NCBI GenBank assembly: GCA_028288925.1
Contig: JAQGHG010000012.1
Span: 77,762-141,761, forward strand
Length of the DNA: 64,000 nucleotides
Reading direction: 5' to 3'
Origin: Patescibacteria group bacterium
Lineage (GTDB): Bacteria; Patescibacteriota; Saccharimonadia; UBA4664
The notes under the pieces were generated by a model. It was not told the origin of the DNA. It made no database searches and was given only the letters and a program-made list of their open reading frames with translations. Positions 1-10,806 of this stretch are shown here, piece by piece (positions within the stretch are counted from its first letter, which is position 1; each line of letters starts with the position of its first letter). The position numbers and the translations under genes are program-made.

Positions 1-2
1 CG

Positions 3-1298
3 GTAGTAGCGGCGCAAGGCATTAATATGATGGCGGGCCTGGCGGCGATAGTACTAGCCTACCACCTAGGTGGCCGCCTGCTCGCCAGTCGTCGCGCCGG
101 CCTGGCCGCCGCCGCCCTGCTGGCCGTGTCGTATGGCCCGGTAGTGTGGGGCGGCTTTGTGCTCAGTGAGGCGCTGAGCGTGCTCATGCTGCTGCTCGTT
201 ATTTGGCAGGCGGGGCGCCGGCACGACTTCGCGCTCGGCGCGCTGCTGGCGCTGGCCACCCTCACGCGCTACGAGTACGCCATTTTGCTGCTGCCCACGC
301 TGGCTTTCGCCGTGAGACCGTTTTCATGGGCCCGGGTGGGCGCCGTTCTCGGCAGTTACATGTTGCTCGTGGCCCTGGCCTTCGCTCTCATCCACCCCTT
401 CGCCTACGGCCCGGCTGCCGCTCTGGCTCAGATGGGCGGCCTGCCGCTCATTACATTGGGTCTCATGACGGCTGTTTTGCTCGTGGCTCTTGCTGGTAAA
501 TTTCTTACACAAAATGTAAAAAATTCCCCATTACGCTCCGTTATTGTAGCTCTCCCCGCGATCCTAGCCGTCACCGCTCTCATCGTCCTGCCGTCGGCCC
601 GAGGCTTCCTAGCCACCGATCCACTCATCGCCATCGCGGCAGTCACCGGCCTCACGCTCATGCTGCGCCGGCCGCAGCACCGCGCCCTCGCGCTCTATCT
701 CCTCGCCGGCGTCACCCTCCTGGCCGTCATTTATGCCCGCATCAATCCCACCATGGACCGCTATTGGACCCATCTCATACCGTTCTTGCTCCTGCCGGCC
801 GCCTACGCCGTCATCACGCTGTGCCGCCGCCGCGCCATGCTTGCACTATTTGCCCTATTATTTACCATCCAAGTGATTATCAGCGCCATTGGCCTGCGCG
901 GCGAGCCTGGCAACCCTTGGTTTCAGCCGGGCTACGAGGCTGTAGCGGCCCGGCGTATTACCGGCCTCGTTCCCTCAAACGCCGTCATCGTAGCGGCTCT
1001 GCCCGAGCCCTATTACCTCATTACCGGACGCACCACGCAGTCCATCGCCGATCGGCCGCCGTATATCTTCCTGCCTCCCGAGCTCAAATCCCGCCCGCTC
1101 TACATCATTCAGGACGAGGCCATGCGCCGGCTCTTTCCCCGATTTTCGGCTCTGCTAGATGAAAAACTCCAAGACAATAAGGCCGCGCAGCTCAAGGTTG
1201 GAACGGATTTTCGGTATATTACACAAATCATACCGGAGCACCAACCGCTTACTATGTATAAGACCAACCAGTCAGAACTGACAGCGGTCATTCATTAG
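3..1298 (+). CDS. GT-C fold (ArnT/PMT-like) membrane glycosyltransferase, 5' truncated by window edge
   Basis: Frame open from window start; many TM segments; 'LSEALS', 'LTRYE' and 'RYWTHLIP' motifs typical of GT39/GT83-like proteins; located in glycan locus. Confidence 0.65.
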   Translation, partial: VVAAQGINMMAGLAAIVLAYHLGGRLLASRRAGLAAAALLAVSYGPVVWGGFVLSEALSVLMLLLVIWQAGRRHDFALGALLALATLTRYEYAILLLPTLAFAVRPFSWARVGAVLGSYMLLVALAFALIHPFAYGPAAALAQMGGLPLITLGLMTAVLLVALAGKFLTQNVKNSPLRSVIVALPAILAVTALIVLPSARGFLATDPLIAIAAVTGLTLMLRRPQHRALALYLLAGVTLLAVIYARINPTMDRYWTHLIPFLLLPAAYAVITLCRRRAMLALFALLFTIQVIISAIGLRGEPGNPWFQPGYEAVAARRITGLVPSNAVIVAALPEPYYLITGRTTQSIADRPPYIFLPPELKSRPLYIIQDEAMRRLFPRFSALLDEKLQDNKAAQLKVGTDFRYITQIIPEHQPLTMYKTNQSELTAVIH

Positions 1299-1320
1299 TG
1301 AACACAAAGGTTAATACCAT

Positions 1321-2634
1321 ATGCAATCCCAGTCAGTAGTAGTAGTGGGTCTGGGGTACGTCGGCTTGCCCCTGGCGCAGTTGGTCCAACGCAAGGGCTA
1401 TTCCGTCACCGGCATCGACACCGACCCGGCCAAGATCGCCGCCATGGACGACCTCCCGGTCGCGTCCAGTTTTGAATCCGTCAAGAGCGCCGGCATTGTC
1501 ATCATCTGTGTCCCCACACCGGTCTATGCCGACAAGCTGCCCAACCTTGAGCCCGTCACCGGCGCTGCCACCAGTGTCGGCAAGCACCTGGCCAAGGGCA
1601 CGCTGGTGGTGCTCGAATCCACCGTCAACCCCGGCGTCACCGAGGCCGTCGTCATCCCTGTCCTGGAGGAGCAATCCGGCCTTACCGCCGGCCAAGATTT
1701 CACCGTTGCTCACTGTCCCGAACGCATCAATCCCGGCGACGCCAAGTGGCATGTCGGCACTATTCCGCGCGTCGTCGGCGCCTCCACCGAGGCCGGTCTG
1801 GCCCGCGCCGTGGAGTTCTACCAGTCCATTATCGAGGCCGACATTTACCCCATGGCCAGCCTCAAAGAAGCCGAAGCCGTCAAAATAGTCGAGAACTCCT
1901 TTCGCGACATCAACATCGCCTTCGTCAACGAGCTGGCCATCTCCTTCGCCAAGATGGACATCGACGTCGTCAATGTCATCAACGGCGCCGCCACCAAGCC
2001 GTTCGCTTTCATGGCGCACTATCCCGGTATCGGCGTGGGCGGCCACTGCATCCCGGTCGACCCCTACTACCTCATCAACCGCGCCAAGCAAAACGGCTTC
2101 GACCACGACTTCCTGCAACTCGCCCGCCGCATCAACAGCCACATGCCGGAATACGCCGTCGCCCTCACCACGGACGGCCTCAACGAGTTGGGTCTAGCCC
2201 TCAACGGCGCCCATATCGCCCTCCTCGGTCTGTCCTACAAACCCGGCGTCGGCGACCTGCGCGAAGCTCCGGCCTTCACCCTCATTGACCTGCTCGAGAA
2301 GAAAGGCGCCCGCATCACCGCCTACGACCCCTACATCGCCAAGGATGCCGCCCTGAGCGAATACCACGAGCACGCCCGGCACCACAAGCACGATGGAACG
2401 TTGGTAGGGGAAAACGGCAAGGCCCGCACCGGCCTCCACCTCGCCGGCAGCCTGACGGACGCCCTCCAGGGCGCCGACGTCGTCATCGTCGCCACCGGCC
2501 ATTCCGAATTCCTCAAGCTCACCCCGGCCCAGCTCCAAGCTCACGGCGTCCGCTTCGTCCTCGACGGCCGCAACTGCCTCGACAAAGCCAAATTCATAGA
2601 GTCCAAGCTACTCTATCGCGGACTCGGGAGATAA
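1321..2634 (+). CDS. Nucleotide-sugar dehydrogenase (UDP-GlcNAc/UDP-ManNAc 6-dehydrogenase family)
   Basis: GLGYVGLP Rossmann motif, CVPTP, ESTVNPG, PERINPG, catalytic GGHCIPVDP. Confidence 0.92.
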   Translation: MQSQSVVVVGLGYVGLPLAQLVQRKGYSVTGIDTDPAKIAAMDDLPVASSFESVKSAGIVIICVPTPVYADKLPNLEPVTGAATSVGKHLAKGTLVVLESTVNPGVTEAVVIPVLEEQSGLTAGQDFTVAHCPERINPGDAKWHVGTIPRVVGASTEAGLARAVEFYQSIIEADIYPMASLKEAEAVKIVENSFRDINIAFVNELAISFAKMDIDVVNVINGAATKPFAFMAHYPGIGVGGHCIPVDPYYLINRAKQNGFDHDFLQLARRINSHMPEYAVALTTDGLNELGLALNGAHIALLGLSYKPGVGDLREAPAFTLIDLLEKKGARITAYDPYIAKDAALSEYHEHARHHKHDGTLVGENGKARTGLHLAGSLTDALQGADVVIVATGHSEFLKLTPAQLQAHGVRFVLDGRNCLDKAKFIESKLLYRGLGR

Positions 2635-2641
2635 CCGCCCT

Positions 2642-3634
2642 ATGACACAACCAAAACTCATCATCCAAATACCCAGCTATAACGAAGAAAAAACCCTCAA
2701 AGACGTCCTCGACGGCATCCCCAAGCACATCCCGGGTGTCGGCGCTATCGAGACGCTCATCATCGATGACGGCTCACGCGACCGCACCCTCGAGATAGCC
2801 GAGGCCTATCCGGTCGATCACATCCTGCGCCACCGTCAAAACCGCGGCCTCGCCATCACCTTCGCCGATGGCATGCACGAATCGCTCCGCCTCGGCGCCG
2901 ATATTATCGTCAACATCGACGGCGACAACCAGCACCCCGCCAACCGCATCCCGGACCTCATCGCCCCCATCCTGGAGGGCACGCACGACATCGTGGTAGC
3001 CGACCGCGGCGTCCGTGGCATCAAGGAATTCAGCGCCACCAAGAAGCTCTTCCAGCGCCTCGGCAGCAAGGTCGTTCGCTGGGCCTCGCACACCAATGTC
3101 CCTGATGCCCCCTGCGGCTTCCGCGCCTACTCGCGCGAGGCCGCCCTCTCCACCAACATCATCACCACCTTCAGCTACACCATGGAGACCATCATCCAGG
3201 CCGGCCACAAACGTCTGGCCGTCACCCACGTCGCCATCCCCCAGCGCCCCAAAACCCGCGAGTCCCGTCTCTTCACCGGCATCGGCCAGCACATTTCCCG
3301 TTCGGCCGTCGCCATTCTGCGCAGTTACACCATGTATCAGCCCTTCAAGGTCTTCCTCCTGAGCGGCTTCCTGGTGTTCCTTATCGGGACTATTCCGTAC
3401 TGGCTGGTGCTCTACCGCGTCTTCGCCGAACCCTACAACGTCGGCGGTCACGTCCAATCATTAATCCTCGGTGCCGTCTTCATGATCCTCGGCATCATGT
3501 TCGTCATGATCGGCATCGTCGCCGACCTCCTCTCCATCAACCGCAAACTATTAGAGGACACGCTCTATCGCCTCAAGAAGATCGAGTATGGCGAGAGCCC
3601 ACACAAAACGGATCATCCCTTGAGCGGCCGATGA
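2642..3634 (+). CDS. Glycosyltransferase family 2 (DPM1/GtrB-like) with C-terminal TM helices
   Basis: IPSYNEE, DDGSRD, DGDNQH, DAPCGFRAYSR. Confidence 0.9.
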   Translation: MTQPKLIIQIPSYNEEKTLKDVLDGIPKHIPGVGAIETLIIDDGSRDRTLEIAEAYPVDHILRHRQNRGLAITFADGMHESLRLGADIIVNIDGDNQHPANRIPDLIAPILEGTHDIVVADRGVRGIKEFSATKKLFQRLGSKVVRWASHTNVPDAPCGFRAYSREAALSTNIITTFSYTMETIIQAGHKRLAVTHVAIPQRPKTRESRLFTGIGQHISRSAVAILRSYTMYQPFKVFLLSGFLVFLIGTIPYWLVLYRVFAEPYNVGGHVQSLILGAVFMILGIMFVMIGIVADLLSINRKLLEDTLYRLKKIEYGESPHKTDHPLSGR

Positions 3635-4689
3635 ATATCCGATTGCTCTTCATTACCCGCGCTTATCCTCCGTCCGTGGGGGGGATGGAGCAAGTTTCCT
3701 ATAATCTCGCCCAAGCTCTCAAGGAAGAACTGCCGGTCGAAATTATCGCTTACGGAGGCAAAAGAATCGGCCTTCTGTGGTTTCTACCCCAGGCGTTCTT
3801 CCTGGCTCTCTGGAAAATATCCCGGCATGGCATTACGCACATTCATCTTGGGGATGCGGTCCTATCTCCTATCGGACTAGCCTTAAAGATACTCACGCGC
3901 AAAAAAGTTAGCGTCACCGTTCACGGTCTTGATGTCACTTACAAAAACCCCCTATATAGGGCCGTCAATCTGCCGAGCCTGCGCCACCTGGACAACATAA
4001 TCTGCGTTTCCAAACACACCCTAGAGCAATGCACCCAACGTGGCGTTCCTGCTAGCAAATGCACTGTCATACCCTGGGGCGTCGACCCACAAGAATTCCG
4101 CGTCACTGCTAGCCGCGAGGACCTGGAGGGCATCACGGACATGAACCTAAGTAATAAAAAAGTTCTCCTCACCGTCGGGCGGCTCGTCAAACGCAAAGGC
4201 GTCGCGTGGTTCATCGATCAAGTCATGCCCATCCTCGGCCCGGAGTACGTCTACCTGATAGTAGGGGAGGGCCCGGAGCGCCCGGCCATCGAGGCGACCA
4301 TTACAAACCACGGTCTCCACGACCGCGTAAGACTCCTCGGCCAACTACCCGACCGCGAGCGCACGGTCCTCTACAATACCTCCGACATCTTCATCATGCC
4401 CAACATCCCCCTGCCGGGCGACATGGAAGGGTTTGGGACGGTGGCGATAGAGGCATCCGTCGCGGGAATGCCGGTTGTAGGGAGTAATCTAGAAGGCGTA
4501 AAAGATGCGGTGATCGACGGCGAGACGGGCTGGCTTGCCTCGCCGCAGTCGCCGGCTGACTATATTATGTGCATAGGCAAGGCACGCGACACTAATCGTC
4601 TTCGTGTCGCCAGGATCACCGAACAAAAATTCAATTGGCGAGCCACTGCCATTGCTTACCGAAAGACTTTGGAGCACTCGTGCGCATAG
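3631..4689 (+). CDS. Glycosyltransferase family 4
   Basis: YPPSVGGME, VGRLVKRKG, EGFGTVAIEA. Confidence 0.9.
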   Translation: MNIRLLFITRAYPPSVGGMEQVSYNLAQALKEELPVEIIAYGGKRIGLLWFLPQAFFLALWKISRHGITHIHLGDAVLSPIGLALKILTRKKVSVTVHGLDVTYKNPLYRAVNLPSLRHLDNIICVSKHTLEQCTQRGVPASKCTVIPWGVDPQEFRVTASREDLEGITDMNLSNKKVLLTVGRLVKRKGVAWFIDQVMPILGPEYVYLIVGEGPERPAIEATITNHGLHDRVRLLGQLPDRERTVLYNTSDIFIMPNIPLPGDMEGFGTVAIEASVAGMPVVGSNLEGVKDAVIDGETGWLASPQSPADYIMCIGKARDTNRLRVARITEQKFNWRATAIAYRKTLEHSCA

Positions 4690-5759
4690 CTATTATTTGT
4701 GAGCTCGCCAATACGCAACGACAAGGCGGCGAGCAGCATGCTATGCTTACGCTCGCTCGAGGATTGGCTAAGCAGGCTCATGTGGATGTATTCAGCTACG
4801 CTCCGTCCCAGGGTCAAAAGCTCATAGCAAGCAAAATACCTCTTGGGCTTCGGCTGCTACCATTTATTCGTGATATGTTCTTCCTGCCTATTATCGGGAG
4901 GTTCCTTCTGCGGAAGATTGATCAAGATTACGATGTTATTCAGGCGACATCATCTACTCTCGCGGCTTTTTATCGGCCGCGTACCCGGTTTATCGTTACT
5001 TGTCATATTATCCGCTCTCAAAAAATCCCACTTTTCTACCGCCTACCCAAATACTGGCTTTTATTCAATCCACTTACTTATCGGATCATGAAGCGGCTTG
5101 AGCGGCGAGGTCTGCGTAATGCCGATAACGTGGTCGTAATTCGCGAGCATCAACGCCAATTTCTTATTGACGAACTTAAAATATCGCCCAAAAAGATCAC
5201 TCTCATACCCAACGGTGTCGATGTGGAGATCTTTAAGCCACAAGCCACACCCAAGAAGAATCAGGTAGTTTTCGTCGGCCGTACGACCTTCCCAAAAGGC
5301 TTCAATTTGCTTGTTGACGCGGCTAATTATATCGAGGGCGATATTATCGTCATCACCCAAAAAGGCGCCTCTGAACTACTGGCAAGAGCTCAGAAAACAC
5401 CCAATATGCAAATCATCAAAAGTGCGCCGCCGGAAGTTGTAGCCGGACACTACGCGGAGTCTAAGGTATTTATCTTACCTTCTCTCGACGAGGAGCAGCC
5501 CCTCACCGTTCTGGAGGCACTCGCCTGCGGGCTTCCAATAGTGGTGTCCGAGAAAGCTGCGTCGGATGTGTTTACCAGAGAGAGTACCGTTGAAGGGAAG
5601 GTTCTCGATTATCTTCGGCCAGATACCATCGCTGAAGCGGTTAATTATTACCTGAGAACCAGCATGGGGACCATAAAAAGAAACCGCCAGATTGTTGTTG
5701 ACCAATATTCCCTCGAAAATAACCTGAACCATTACCTGAGGCTTTATGAAGATAGTTAA
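4680..5759 (+). CDS. Glycosyltransferase family 4
   Basis: Probable GTG start (MRIAIIC); IPNGVD, FVGR..PKG, EEQPLTVLEALACGLP. Confidence 0.85.
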   Translation: MRIAIICELANTQRQGGEQHAMLTLARGLAKQAHVDVFSYAPSQGQKLIASKIPLGLRLLPFIRDMFFLPIIGRFLLRKIDQDYDVIQATSSTLAAFYRPRTRFIVTCHIIRSQKIPLFYRLPKYWLLFNPLTYRIMKRLERRGLRNADNVVVIREHQRQFLIDELKISPKKITLIPNGVDVEIFKPQATPKKNQVVFVGRTTFPKGFNLLVDAANYIEGDIIVITQKGASELLARAQKTPNMQIIKSAPPEVVAGHYAESKVFILPSLDEEQPLTVLEALACGLPIVVSEKAASDVFTRESTVEGKVLDYLRPDTIAEAVNYYLRTSMGTIKRNRQIVVDQYSLENNLNHYLRLYEDS

Positions 5760-7413
5760 ATGGATAAAAAGCGAGAAATTCCTTGTCATAATCGGCGGTC
5801 TGCTCGTATTCAGTTTTTATGCCTTAATTACACTCAATCTGAACATACATGGTGATTCTAAATTCCATACTCAATTTGCCAAGGAGAGTGTTGAAAGCGG
5901 GTTTCTCGTAAAGAACCAGCCATACAGGATTTACTCAATAAGTAATGGGCAGATAAGCTTTGAGCCTATCTCATACCCCCTAGGATCGGAGGCCTTATTC
6001 GGCTCTCTCTATGCTATCGGTGGTGAGACCCTACTCCAGTTGCTATCAGCAATAATGGCGCTTGGGGTTTATTTACTCGTCTATGTTTTGCTACGGGAAT
6101 TCGGCAAAAAAGTTGCCCTTCCTACGGCAATTTTATCGGTGTTGGTAGTCGGCGAAAGACTGTTCATGACGCCGTTGCTCGAACCACTCCTTCTGATCCT
6201 ATTACTCGGCGCGGTGGTGTGTGTCAAAAACTTCCTTCGTCAAAATGATAAAAAACAGCTTTACCTGGCGGCGCTTTTTGTAGGCGCGGCGACATGCATA
6301 AAACAACAGGGTCTAGTAGCACTATTCGCCATAGCGGGCTTCCTTACTTGTTTTTTTGTTTGGAAAATTGCCCACAAGGAATGGGGGCTAAGAAAGATAA
6401 GCGCGCTATTTATCTTTATCCTTATAGCGTTTACCGTCCCTGCTCCTTCGATTGCCGAACAAATACATCGGACAGGAACATTTGCTTTTGCGCCCGGAAG
6501 GACGGAACTGCCATCATCGATGCCTTTTTATAATCTGGTGCAACCACTGCTCACAAGTAAATTCGCTGTAAAACCTGAAGCCAAGGCAGCAATAAAGGAA
6601 CAGGTTAAGTACAACCAAAAAAAGCAATCTTTCACCGACAAGGTTAGGGGGTTCCTTTTAGCGCCTATCCTTTTTTACCGGTCTACGGATAGTGGTTTTC
6701 TTTCATCCAGCTACACAATGCTCTTCTACGGAACGCTCACATTGTTGTTACTATTCGTTATCGCATTGATACGACGCGGAGATGTCTTTGGAGGATTCCT
6801 CGTATACTTAATGATTACCGAAATGCTCGTTTCCTTTACCTTGAAAACGCCCATAACTCAGTACCACACCTTTGGAGTAATTCTGGTGGTTATGGTGCTG
6901 GCCCTAGCTCTGAAAAATCTTCTAGCTTTGGCCAAAGTACCCGGCATAGCCTACCTCCTTCTTGCTTTTGGGCTGTTCACATTTAACTACGCGGACTTGC
7001 TGGTCCCTTTGTGGAGCTCATCGGGTAGAGAGGACGGCCATAGCTTAACGGCCTACCAAAGAATAGGGGCATATGTCCAAGAGAGTACGCCCAAGAGCTC
7101 AATCTTTCTCGCTCCAGAGACAAGCTTCAGATATTATGCCAAGCGCGATACGATCTGGCTTACAGAGGACAACGCGGATGTCGTGATGCGCATCATCACC
7201 AACCCCAACCCCGATAATGAGCTGAAAGATTTACGTAGTCTATCCGTAACGCACGTAGTAATAAACGCGAGCCAGTTAAACCGATACGGAGTAAACGATT
7301 ATCTGCCGCCCGACGGGCTTTATGCGGGTATCAAAAACTCACCACATTTTAAGAAGCTCTATGACCCTTATGGTGATGGGCATTTCGTAATCTACGAGGT
7401 GCGCTATGAGTAA
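5746..7413 (+). CDS. Polytopic membrane protein, probable GT-C glycosyltransferase
   Basis: Multiple TM segments, early GD..FH loop, 'IKQQG' motif, soluble C-terminal domain; overlaps neighbours in glycan operon. Confidence 0.6.
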   Translation: MKIVKWIKSEKFLVIIGGLLVFSFYALITLNLNIHGDSKFHTQFAKESVESGFLVKNQPYRIYSISNGQISFEPISYPLGSEALFGSLYAIGGETLLQLLSAIMALGVYLLVYVLLREFGKKVALPTAILSVLVVGERLFMTPLLEPLLLILLLGAVVCVKNFLRQNDKKQLYLAALFVGAATCIKQQGLVALFAIAGFLTCFFVWKIAHKEWGLRKISALFIFILIAFTVPAPSIAEQIHRTGTFAFAPGRTELPSSMPFYNLVQPLLTSKFAVKPEAKAAIKEQVKYNQKKQSFTDKVRGFLLAPILFYRSTDSGFLSSSYTMLFYGTLTLLLLFVIALIRRGDVFGGFLVYLMITEMLVSFTLKTPITQYHTFGVILVVMVLALALKNLLALAKVPGIAYLLLAFGLFTFNYADLLVPLWSSSGREDGHSLTAYQRIGAYVQESTPKSSIFLAPETSFRYYAKRDTIWLTEDNADVVMRIITNPNPDNELKDLRSLSVTHVVINASQLNRYGVNDYLPPDGLYAGIKNSPHFKKLYDPYGDGHFVIYEVRYE

Positions 7414-8836
7414 TATGGGCCGGGGCGTTATGTATCTTGGCGTCTCATCAATCTTTTTCATGCTCTCTGGCTACCTGATAAATATATTACTCGGACGGCA
7501 CCTGGGGCCAGAATTATATGGTGCCTACGGGGTATTGATGTCGCTAATGACTACGATGAATATCATGCAAGTTTCGGGGATGCCGCAAGCGGTCAGCAAG
7601 TTTACGGCGGAAGATGAAGACAACTCCGAGGCTATCTTGCGCAGCGGCATTATGATTCAGCTATGGTCAACTCTTGTGATCGGATTAACGTTCTTTGTTT
7701 CAGCGCCTCTCTTCGCGGTCATCTTTAAAGATCCTGCCTTCACGGGCTACATGAGAGCCTTGTCGCTGGTCTTCCCTTTCTATGGGCTCTTCGCTCTCTA
7801 TGGTGGTTACTACAATGGCCGGCATAACTTTAAACGGCAAGCGATTATCAATAGCACCTACTCTGTCGTAAAGCTCGGGCTTGTCGTGGGGCTGGCGCTT
7901 GCATCTGGGCTCTATGGCGCCATCGCGGGCTTTGTTATGGCGTCGCTCTTTGCTCTTATTGGCGCTTTCCACAGGCCCAAAACCGTCCGAAGGTTTCCGT
8001 ATCGTCCTCTTATCTTGTACTCACTCCCACTTATCGGATTCGCGGTACTCTCCACCCTTCAGCTCTCCGTCGACCTCTTTTCCCTGAAGGCGATGACATC
8101 AGACGCGCGCTTGGTTGGGTATTACGCGGCCGCCCAAAGCATAGCAATCATTCCTTTCATGGCTATGAGCGCGATAGGACAAGTATTGTTCCCGAGCATC
8201 GCCAGGCAATTGGGCCAAGGCCGCGTACATGATGCGCGGAGGAGCATAAGACAAGCACTTCGCTACCTCTTATTGCTGTTAGTTCCTATTGCCGTGCTAA
8301 TAGCGGCAACAGCGCCTGACCTTATAAGTTTTCTCTTTGGCGCCAAATATTTACCCGCGGTTCCTGCGCTCCGGCTTCTTGTCCTCGGCTATGTTTTTCT
8401 GACGATATTTATGACATTCGCAAACATCCTAAACGGTTCAGGAAGAGCACATGCCTCGGCATTATGGGCCGGCATTGGCGTGGGCACCGCCTTTGTGCTG
8501 TGTATCCTTCTCATCCCTAATTACGGAAGTATCGGCGCCGCGGCGACAACCTGTATCGGGGCTTTTCTCGCGGCGGCGGGGGCGATTATAGCAACTTATC
8601 GCAGCCTCAAATTCAGGCCGCCATATCTCAGTATATTTAGACTGTCGATTGCGGCGATGGTGCTTTATGCGGCGGCCTATTTTGTAAGGCTGCCCACTGC
8701 GGTATTGCCGCTTTGGTATGTAGCATTAAGCGCGGCCTATGTTTGGCTACTTAGGCTTATGGGAGAAATCACCATCCAAGATTGGCAAATGACGAAAGCT
8801 CTATTCTCAAAACAAGACAGAGGAAGCGGATTATGA
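7406..8836 (+). CDS. Wzx-type oligosaccharide flippase (MOP superfamily)
   Basis: Many TM helices, LGRHLGPELYG, VGYYAAA, LIPNYGSIGAA. Confidence 0.88.
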   Translation: MSNMGRGVMYLGVSSIFFMLSGYLINILLGRHLGPELYGAYGVLMSLMTTMNIMQVSGMPQAVSKFTAEDEDNSEAILRSGIMIQLWSTLVIGLTFFVSAPLFAVIFKDPAFTGYMRALSLVFPFYGLFALYGGYYNGRHNFKRQAIINSTYSVVKLGLVVGLALASGLYGAIAGFVMASLFALIGAFHRPKTVRRFPYRPLILYSLPLIGFAVLSTLQLSVDLFSLKAMTSDARLVGYYAAAQSIAIIPFMAMSAIGQVLFPSIARQLGQGRVHDARRSIRQALRYLLLLLVPIAVLIAATAPDLISFLFGAKYLPAVPALRLLVLGYVFLTIFMTFANILNGSGRAHASALWAGIGVGTAFVLCILLIPNYGSIGAAATTCIGAFLAAAGAIIATYRSLKFRPPYLSIFRLSIAAMVLYAAAYFVRLPTAVLPLWYVALSAAYVWLLRLMGEITIQDWQMTKALFSKQDRGSGL

Positions 8837-10257
8837 ATAAAAACAAAAAGTGGTCACGGCTAACGGCCCTTGCGGGGTCCATGGTGTTAGTCGGATATAT
8901 CTTATTCGTCAACGCGATGCCATTAGGCGTGAGCTACGATTTCAAGCCAGGAAATAAAAATGTGTCATCGCTCGGCCCTGGAACCCGGGTTGAGACGCTA
9001 AATAGAAGTCAACGCCTCATCCAGGATCTCGCGTACTTCACGTCTAATATGACATTTCTTTTTGAACATGCACGAGTTCGCATGGCAATAAAAACTAGCG
9101 ATGTAAACCAGGTGGCTTGGTTGGGGTATAAAGACCAGCAAGCTTGGCATTACAACAATCAAGTTATAAGCGCGCCATTCATAGATTCATTAGGCTGGGC
9201 CAGGGTGGGAGAAGGGCCCTACCTCTATCAGAAACAACCAAGCTATAAGTCCTACGCCGATTTTATGGCTAATACACCTAGGGACAAATTTATAGGGGTC
9301 TATAACTACAGCGATACCGCGCTACGCCAGAGCAAGGCGGACATGTCAGGTTACAAGCCCGCCACCGCTGAAACGGTCGTCTCTACTCCTATCCGTGGCA
9401 AAGTTACAATGTACGCTTACCTCGCCAATGAGCCGTTTCGCCTCGCCGTCGAAAAAAGAGACCTTAATTGGTACAAAGATCCTGACGTTGCTACGGTAAA
9501 AGTCTACAAAGATACGGACAAAGTCTTCGAGACGACAATAGGTGACGACGGCAACACAAACGACGATCATCATCCAGGAGCCTCGCAACAAGCTGACATT
9601 AAGAACCCCGGCCCCGGACTGCCTGAAGCGGGTGTTTACAAAATTGTAATAGACGCACCGGACGACTCGATCATCACCAAAATCGCCACCAACATGCATA
9701 AGATTACGTTTGAAGGTCCTCTCCACCTGGCAGGCAACCATGAGGTTTACGGCGATGTTGTACCGCCGACCGCATCGGTTGACATCTTCACGAATGCCAC
9801 CGATGTCTCGGCGCAAGCATTCTCTAGGTCGGCTCAAACGCTCATAGCAGGTGGAAAATCAGTACCATTAACTCAATCACAAACGTTCATCAATCTCGCG
9901 TCCACGCCACAGATTAGTGCCATCAAGGCCCCCAAGAGTGACATCGTCATCAATGGCGTCGGCTACTTCGCCTTCAGCCAAGATCAATTCTTTGAACCCA
10001 CCCCCTATCACATTCTCCAAATCACCGGCCCCAAAGACCTCGAAAAAGTCGACTATGTACTCACCAACTACAAACCGCCCAAACAGCTCGGCGACGGCTG
10101 GGTAGAGGTGGAGCGGGAGTTTGATCTTAGCGGCGCCGTGGTGCAGAAAGGTAAGCTTAGTTGGGTTATTAGCGCGCCGGGACTGGCCGATAACAAGCGC
10201 AGTATCGAGATTAAGGATATTCAAATGACGCTCACTAAGAAAGGCTGGTTTAAGTAA
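8833..10257 (+). CDS. Membrane-anchored extracellular hypothetical protein
   Basis: ATG 8833 overlaps flippase stop; N-terminal TM followed by beta-rich ectodomain. Confidence 0.7.
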   Translation: MNKNKKWSRLTALAGSMVLVGYILFVNAMPLGVSYDFKPGNKNVSSLGPGTRVETLNRSQRLIQDLAYFTSNMTFLFEHARVRMAIKTSDVNQVAWLGYKDQQAWHYNNQVISAPFIDSLGWARVGEGPYLYQKQPSYKSYADFMANTPRDKFIGVYNYSDTALRQSKADMSGYKPATAETVVSTPIRGKVTMYAYLANEPFRLAVEKRDLNWYKDPDVATVKVYKDTDKVFETTIGDDGNTNDDHHPGASQQADIKNPGPGLPEAGVYKIVIDAPDDSIITKIATNMHKITFEGPLHLAGNHEVYGDVVPPTASVDIFTNATDVSAQAFSRSAQTLIAGGKSVPLTQSQTFINLASTPQISAIKAPKSDIVINGVGYFAFSQDQFFEPTPYHILQITGPKDLEKVDYVLTNYKPPKQLGDGWVEVEREFDLSGAVVQKGKLSWVISAPGLADNKRSIEIKDIQMTLTKKGWFK

Positions 10258-10661
10258 TGGCGCGGATTACCGATATAGCTGTGGCTCTCGTGGGTGGCGC
10301 CTATGTACTCTTCGCGCCTGGTCTGGTGCTGTCGTTTGTGTTCTTCCGCCGCGACGCCATCGATTGGCTGGAGCGGGTGGCCCTGAGCTTTGCGCTATCG
10401 GTTGCCGTGGTGCCGCTGGTGGTGTTTTACTTGAACATGATAGGGATAAAACTGACGCGTCTAAGTGTGGTGCTGGAGGTTGCGGCGATAATGGTGGTGA
10501 GCGGGGGAGTGGTATGGTGGCGAGTCCGCCGGGTACAGCCGCGTAAGCCGCCGGCCGCCAAGCCCGCGCCGGTGATGGGACCAGAGCCCAGCGTCCCGCC
10601 AACCAAGCCCGCGCCCCGGCGGCGGTCCATGGACGCGGTAGGACGGAGGAACCATGAGTAA
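10257..10661 (+). CDS. Small membrane protein (DUF1616-like) with Pro-rich tail
   Basis: LFAPG...LERVALSFALS pattern; coupled to upstream stop (TAATG). Confidence 0.65.
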   Translation: MARITDIAVALVGGAYVLFAPGLVLSFVFFRRDAIDWLERVALSFALSVAVVPLVVFYLNMIGIKLTRLSVVLEVAAIMVVSGGVVWWRVRRVQPRKPPAAKPAPVMGPEPSVPPTKPAPRRRSMDAVGRRNHE

Positions 10662-10806
10662 CCAAAAGCAAACCCCAAACAACGGCCCCGACAGCCTCGA
10701 TGAGTTGGATTCAACCTTGCGCGGCGCCAAATTCAGCCTCTGGGCGACGGCCCGGGAGGCCTTCCAGCGGCTTGTCCGCAAGCTGACGCGGGGCCGGCGG
10801 CTATGA
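10654..10806 (+). CDS. 50-aa hypothetical protein absent from the ORF track (MSNQKQTPNN...KLTRGRRL)
   Basis: GGAGGA SD just before ATG 10654; its TGA overlaps the next ATG (ATGA at 10803). Confidence 0.55.
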   Translation: MSNQKQTPNNGPDSLDELDSTLRGAKFSLWATAREAFQRLVRKLTRGRRL

